This document shows positions 57,501-64,000 of a DNA stretch of 64,000 bases, one piece after another; positions within the stretch are counted from its first letter, which is position 1; every line of letters begins with the position of its first letter. A program made the position numbers and the translations under genes. The notes below the pieces were generated by a model. The model worked only from the letters and a program-made list of their open reading frames with translations. It ran no database searches and was not told the DNA's origin. Location of the stretch: assembly GCA_964016885.1 (NCBI GenBank), contig OZ024750.1, positions 31,062,001-31,126,000 of the forward strand. The letters run 5' to 3'. The DNA is from Eledone cirrhosa (lineage: Eukaryota).

Positions 57501-60500
57501 AACCTCTCTCAGAAGAGATAGACCTAGTGTACACTAACATAACATGTACAGACCTCTCCCAGAAGAGATAGACCTAGTGTACACTAAAATAATATGTACA
57601 GACCTCTCTCAGAAGAGATAGACCTAGTGTACACTAACATAACATGTAGAAACCTCTCCCAGAAGAGATAGACCTAGTGTACACTAACATAAGATGTACA
57701 GACCTCTCCCAGAAGAGATAGACCTAGTGTACACTAACATAACATGTAGAAACCTCTCCCAGAAGAGATAGACCTAGTGTACAATAACATAAGATGTACA
57801 GACCTCTCTCAGAAGAGATAGACCTCGTGTACACTAACATAACATGTAGAAACCTCTCCCAGAAGAGATAGACCTAGTGTACACTAACATAACATGTACA
57901 TACCTCTCCCAGAAGAGATAGACCTAGTGTACACTAAAATAAGATGTACAGACCTCTCTCAGAAGAGATAGACCTAGTGTACACTAACATAACATGTACA
58001 GACCTCTCTCAGAAGAGATAGACCTAGTGTACACTAACATAACATGTACAGACCTCTCTCAGAAGAGATAGACCTAGTGTACACTAACATAACATGTACA
58101 GACCTCTCTCAGAAGAGATAGACCTAGTCTACACTAACATAGCATGTACAGACCTCTCTCAGAAGAGATAGACCTAGTCTACACTAACATAAGATGTACA
58201 GACCTCTCTCAGAAGAGATAAACCTAGTGTACACTAACATAACATATACAGACCTCTCTCAGAAGAGATAGACCTAGTGTACACTAACATAACATGTAGA
58301 AACCTCTCCCAGAAGAGATAAACCTAGTGTACACTAACATAACATGTACAGACCTCTCTCAGAAGAGATAAACCTAGTGTACACTAACATAACATGTAGA
58401 AACCTCTCCCAGAATAGATAAACCTAGTGTACACTAACATAACATGTAGAAACCTCTCTCAGAAGAGATAAACCTAGTGTACACTAACATAACATGTACA
58501 GACCTCTCTCAGAAGAGATAGACCTAGTGTACACTAACATAACATGTACAGACCTCTCTCAGAAGAGATAGACTTAGTGTACACTAACATAACACGTAGA
58601 AACCTCTCTCAGAAGAGATAGACCTAGTGTACACTAACATAACATGTACAGACCTCTCCCAGAAGAGATAGACCTAGTGTACACTAACATAACATGTAGA
58701 AACCTCTCCCAGAAGAGATAGACCTAGTGTACACTAACATAACATGTACAGACCTCTCCCAGAAGAGATAGACCTAGTGTACACTAACATAATATGTAGA
58801 AACCTCTCCCAGAAGAGATAGACCTAGTGTACACTAACATAACATGTAGAAACCTCTCTCAGAAGGGATAGACCTAGTGTACACTAACATAACATGTAGA
58901 AACCTCTCTCAGAAGAGATAGACCTAGTGTACACTAACATAACATGTAGAAACCTCTCTCAGAAGGGATAGACCTAGTGTACACTAACATAACATGTAGA
59001 AACCTCTCTCAGAAGAGATAGACCTAGTGTACACTAACATAACATGTACAAACCTCTCTCAGAAGAGATAGACCTAGTGTACACTAACATAACATGTAGA
59101 AACCTCTCTCAGAAGAGATAAACCTAGTGTACACTAACATAACATGTAGAAACCTCTCTCAGAAGAGATAGACCGAGTGTACACTAACATAACATGTAGA
59201 AACCTCTCCCAGAAGAGATAGACCTAGTGTACACTAACATAACATGTAGAAACCTCTCTCAGAAGAGATAGACCTAGTGTACACTAACATAACATGTAGA
59301 AACCTCTCCCAGAAGAGAAAGACCTAGTGTACACTAACATAACATGTAGAAACCTCTCAGAAGAGATAAACCTAGTGTACACTAACATAACATGTAGAAA
59401 CCTCTCGCAGAAGAGAAAGACCTAGTGTACACTAACATAACATGTAGAAACCTCTCTCAGAAGAGATAGACCTAGTGTACACAAACATAACATGTAGAAA
59501 CCTCTCTCAGAAGAGATAAACCTAGTGTACACTAACATAACATGTACAGACCTCTCCCAGAAGAGATAGACCTAGTGTACACTAACATAACATGTAGAAA
59601 CCGCTCTCAGAAGAGATAGACCTGGTGTACACTAACATAACATGTAGAAACCTCTCCCAGAAGAGATAGACCTAGTGTACACTAACATAACATGTAGAAA
59701 CCTCTCCCAGAAGAGATAGACCTAGTGTACACTAACATAACATGTAGAAACCTCTCTCAGAAGAGATAGACCTAGTGTACACTAACATAACATGTAGAAA
59801 CCTCTCCCAGAAGAGATAGACCTAGTGTACACTAACATAACATGTACAGACGTCTCCCAGAAGAGATAGACCTAGTGTACACTAACATAACATGTAGAAA
59901 CCTCTCTCAGAAGGGATAGACCTAGTGTACACTAACATAACATGTAGAAACCTCTCTCAGAAAAGATAGACCTAGTGTACACTAACATAACAGGTAGAAA
60001 CCTCTCTCAGAAGGGATAGACCTAGTGTACACTAACATAACATGTAGAAACCTCTCTCAGAAGGGATAGACCTAGTGTACACTAACATAACATGTAGAAA
60101 CCTCTCTCAGAAGGGATAGACCTAGTGTACACTAACATAACATGTAGAAACCTCTCCCAGAAGAGATAGACCTAGTGTACACTAACATAACATGTACAGA
60201 CCTCTCTCAGAAGAGATAGACCTAGTGTACACTAACATAACATGTACAGACCTCTCCCAGAAGAGATAGACCTAGTGTACACTAACATAACATGTAGAAA
60301 CCTCTCCCAGAAGAGATAGACCTAGTGTACACTAACATAACATGTACAGACCTCTCTCAGAAGAGATAGACTTAGTGTACACTAACATAACATGTAGAAA
60401 CCTCTCTCAGAAGAGATAGACCTAGTGTACACTAACATAACATGTACAGACTCTCTCAGAAGAGATAGACCTAGTGTACACTAACATAACATGTAGAAAC

Positions 60501-61720
60501 CTCTCCCAGAAGAGATATACCTAGTGTACACTAACATAACATGTAGAAACCTCTCTCAGAAGAGATAGACCTAGTGTACACTAACATAACATGTAGAAAC
60601 CTCTCTCAGAAGAGAAAGACCTAGTGTACACTACCATAACATGTAGAAACCTCTCTCAGAAGAGATAAACCTAGTGTACACTAACATAACATGTAGAAAC
60701 CTCTCCCAGAAGAGAAAGACCTAGTGTACACTAACATAACATGTAGAAACCTCTCTCAGAAGAGATAGACCTAGTGTACACTAACATAACATGTAGAAAC
60801 CTCTCTCAGAAGAGATAAACCTAATGTACACTAACATAACATGTACAGACCTCTCCCAGAAGAGATAGACATAGTGTACACTAACATAACATGTAGAAAC
60901 CTCTCTCAGAAGAGATAGACCTAGTGTACACTAACATAACATGTAGAAACCTCTCCCAGAAGAGATAGACCTAGTGTACACTAACATAACATGTAGAAAC
61001 CTCTCCCAGAAGAGATAGACCTAGTGTACACTAACATAACATGTAGAAACCTCTCTCAGAAGAGATAGACCTAGTGTACACTAACATAACATGTAGAAAC
61101 CTCTCCCAGAAGAGATAGACCTAGTGTACACTAACATAACATGTACAGACCTCTCCCAGAAGAGATAGACCTAGTGTACACTAACATAACATGTACAGAC
61201 GTCTCCCAGAAGAGATAGACCTAGTGTACACTAACATAACATGTACAGACCTCTCTCAGAAGAGATAGACCTAGTGTACACTAACATAATATGTAGAAAC
61301 CTCTCTCAGAAGAGATAGACCTAGTGTACACTAACATAACATGTAGAAACCTCTCTCAGAAGAGATAAACCTAGTGTACACTAACATAACATGTACAGAC
61401 CTCTCCCAGAAGAGATAGACCTAGTGTACACTAACATAACATGTACAGACCTCTCTCAGAAGGGATAGACCTAGTGTACACTAACATAACATGTAGAAAC
61501 CTCTCCCTGAAGAGATAAACCTAGTGTACACTAACATAACATGTACAGACCTCTCTCAGAAGAGATAGACCTAGTGTACACTAACATAACATGTAGAAAC
61601 CTCTCCCAGAAGAGATAGACCTAGTGTACACTAACATAACATGTAGAAACCTCTCTCAGAAGAGATAAACCTAGTGTACACTAACATAACATGTACAGAC
61701 ATCTCCCAGAAGAGATAGAC
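54540..61720. repeat. Imperfect duplication with offset ~4.0-4.5 kb
   Basis: GACTTAG..AACACGT 54571-54600/58571-58600, AATATG ~54792/~58791, CAAACC ~55050/~59049, AGAAAAGA..AACAGGT ~55462-55498/~59959-59995, CTACCAT ~56284/~60631, CCTAATGT ~56473/~60820. Confidence 0.8.
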
Positions 61721-64000
61721 CTAGTGTACACTAACATAACATGTAGAAACCGCTCTCAGAAGAGATAGACCTAGTGTACACTAACATAACATGTAGAAAC
61801 CTCTCCCAGAAGAGATAGACCTAGTCTACACTAACATAAGATGTACAGACCTCTCTCAGAAGAGATAAACCTAGTGTACACTAACATAACATGTACAGAC
61901 CTCTCTCAGAAGAGATAGACCTAGTGTACACTAACATAACATGTAGAAACCTCTCCCAGAAGAGATAAACCTAGTGTACACTAACATAACATGTACAGAC
62001 CTCTCTCAGAAGAGATAAACCTAGTGTACACTAACATAACATGTAGAAACCTCTCCCAGAATAGATAAACCTAGTGTACACTAACATAACATGTAGAAAC
62101 CTCTCCCAGAAGAGATAAACCTAGTGTACACTAACATAACATGTACAGACCTCTCTCAGAAGAGATAAACCTAGTGTACACTAAAATAAGATGTACAGAC
62201 CTCTCTCAGAAGAGATAGACCTAGTGTACACTAACATAACATGTACAGACCTCTCTCAGAAGAGATAGACCTAGTGTACACTAACATAACATGTAGAAAC
62301 CTCTCTCAGAAGGGATAGACCTAGCGTACACTAACATAACATGTAGAAACCTCTCTCAGAAGGGATAGACCTAGTGTACACTAACATAACATGTAGAAAC
62401 CTCTCCCAGAAGGGATAGACCTAGTGTACACTAACATAACATGTAGAAACCTCTCTCAGAAGGGATAGACCTAGTGTACACTAACATAACATGTAGAAAC
62501 CTCTCTCAGAAGGGATAGACCTAGTGTACACTAACATAACATGTAGAAACCTCTCTCAGAAGGGATAGACCTAGTGTACACTAACATAACATGTAGAAAC
62601 CTCTCTCAGAAGGGATAGACCTAGTGTACACTAACATAACATGTAGAAACCTCTCCCAGAAGAGATAGACCTAGTGTACACTAACATAACATGTAGAAAC
62701 CTCTCTCAGAAGGGATAGACCTAGTGTACACTAACATAACATGTAGAAACCTCTCTCAGAAGGGATAAACCTAGTGTACACTAACATAACATGTAGAAAC
62801 CTCTCCCAGAAGAGATAGACCTAGTGTACACTAACATAACATGTACAGACCTCTCTCGGAAGAGATAGACCTAGTGTACACTAACATAACATGTACAGAC
62901 CTCTCTCAGAAGAGATAGACTTAGTGTACACTAACATAACATGTAGAAACCTCTCTCAGAAGAGATAGACCTAGTGTACACTAACATAACATGTACAGAC
63001 CTCTCTCAGAAGAGATAGACCTAGTGTACACTAACATAACATGTAGAAACCTCTCTCAGAAGAGATAGACCGAGTGTACACTAACATAACATGTAGAAAC
63101 CTCTCCCAGAAGAGATAGACCTAGTGTACACTAACATAACATGTAGAAACCTCTCTCAGAAGGGATAGACCTAGTGTACACTAACATAACATGTAGAAAC
63201 CTCTCTCAGAAGAGATAGACCTAGTGTACACTAACATAACATGTAGAAACCTCTCTCAGAAGGGATAGACCTAGTGTACACTAACATAACATGTAGAAAC
63301 CTCTCTCAGAAGAGATAGACCTAGTGTACACTAACATAACATGTAGAAACCTCTCTCAGAAGAGATAGACCTAGTGTACACTAACATAACATGTAGAAAC
63401 CACTCTCAGAAGAGATAAACCTAGTGTACACTAACATAACATGTAGAAACCTCTCTCAGAAGAGATAGACCGAGTGTACACTAACATAACATGTAGAAAC
63501 CTCTCCCAGAAGAGATAGACCTAGTGTACACTAACATAACATGTAGAAACCTCTCTCAGAAGAGATAGACCTAGTGTACCCTAACATAACATGTAGAAAC
63601 CTCTCTCAGAAGAGAAAGACCTAGTGTACACTAACATAACATGTAGAAACCTCTCTCAGAAGAGATAAACCTAGTGTACACTAACATAACATGTAGAAAC
63701 CTCTCCCAGAAGAGAAAGACCTAGTGTACACTAACATAACATGTAGAAACCTCTCTCAGAAGAGATAGACCTAGTGTACACTAACATAACATGTAGAAAC
63801 CTCTCTCAGAAGAGATAAACCTAGTGTACACTAACATAACATGTACAGACCTCTCCCAGAAGAGATAGACCTAGTGTACACTAACATAACATGTAGAAAC
63901 CGCTCTCAGAAGAGATAGACCTAGTGTACACTAACATAACATGTAGAAACCTCTCCCAGAAGAGATAGACCTAGTGTACACTAACATAACATGTAGAAAC
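61700..64000. repeat. Dispersed further copy of the 2150-bp block seen at ~44500-46500
   Basis: AAACCGCT ~61747 (cf. ~44553), CTAGCGTAC 62321 (cf. ~45127), CTCGGA ~62855 (cf. 45661), TGTACCCTAA ~63575 (cf. 46381). AAACCGCT recurs 2150 bp later at ~63897. Confidence 0.82.

Larger units (their letters stand above)
1..64000. repeat. 50-bp tandem satellite array (~1,280 monomers, head-to-tail, single orientation, truncated by both window edges)
   Basis: The consensus GAAACCTCTCTCAGAAGAGATAGACCTAGTGTACACTAACATAACATGTA recurs every 50 bp from base 1 to 64000. Net indels seen total -5 bp (+1, four -1, one -2), so 1280x50-5=63995 plus a final GAAAC. Monomers typically differ from consensus at 0-4 positions. 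Confidence 0.99.

Noticed and set aside
1-64000. CRISPR array (a ~27-bp near-constant palindromic segment alternating with a ~23-bp more variable segment)
   Set aside because: The variable segments are the same sequence with a few SNPs, not unique spacers. No leader or cas gene is present.
1-64000. Protein-coding repeat under the standard genetic code
   Set aside because: The period of 50 is not a multiple of 3, so every frame passes through every stop. The + strand has several TAG/TAA per monomer. The - strand has two TAG plus TGA in T11 monomers, leaving consensus open stretches of at most about 90 nt.
1-64000. Rolling-circle or concatemer sequencing artefact, or synthetic DNA
   Set aside because: Rare variants recur in ordered, nested blocks with changing offsets, as expected from descent with duplication rather than random read error or repeated copying of one circle. 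Local misassembly remains possible.
1-64000. Telomerase-type telomeric repeat or Trypanosoma brucei 50-bp expression-site repeat
   Set aside because: There is no G-run telomeric motif and the unit is longer than known telomerase repeats. The match to the T. brucei repeat is in length only as far as I can recall, and a BLAST search would be needed to settle it.

Overview
The whole 64 kb window is one uninterrupted head-to-tail tandem array of a 50-bp monomer. The consensus is GAAACCTCTCTCAGAAGAGATAGACCTAGTGTACACTAACATAACATGTA (38% GC, 40% A on the + strand, no CpG). By phase counting there are 1,280 complete monomers plus 5 bp, and the array runs off both window edges. I found no gene, RNA gene, transposon, inversion or unique spacer. 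The information lies in the order of monomer variants. Four common polymorphisms (GAAAC/CAGAC at monomer positions 1 and 3, T/C at 11, A/G at 18, G/A at 23) and many rare marker variants recur in fixed orders. They reveal a loose higher-order repeat of variable length (mostly about 2-4.7 kb) and nested duplications of 0.4, 1.2, 2.15, 2.45, 3.4, 3.6, 4-4.5 and about 14.6 kb. A homogeneous, perfectly phased core gives way after about 46.7 kb to a more diverged zone with its own marker variants. This is most consistent with eukaryotic satellite DNA from a long-read assembly. I cannot identify the organism, the satellite family or a function, and I see no support for a novel protein-coding system. 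All comparisons were made by eye, so block boundaries are approximate (about 1-2 monomers).
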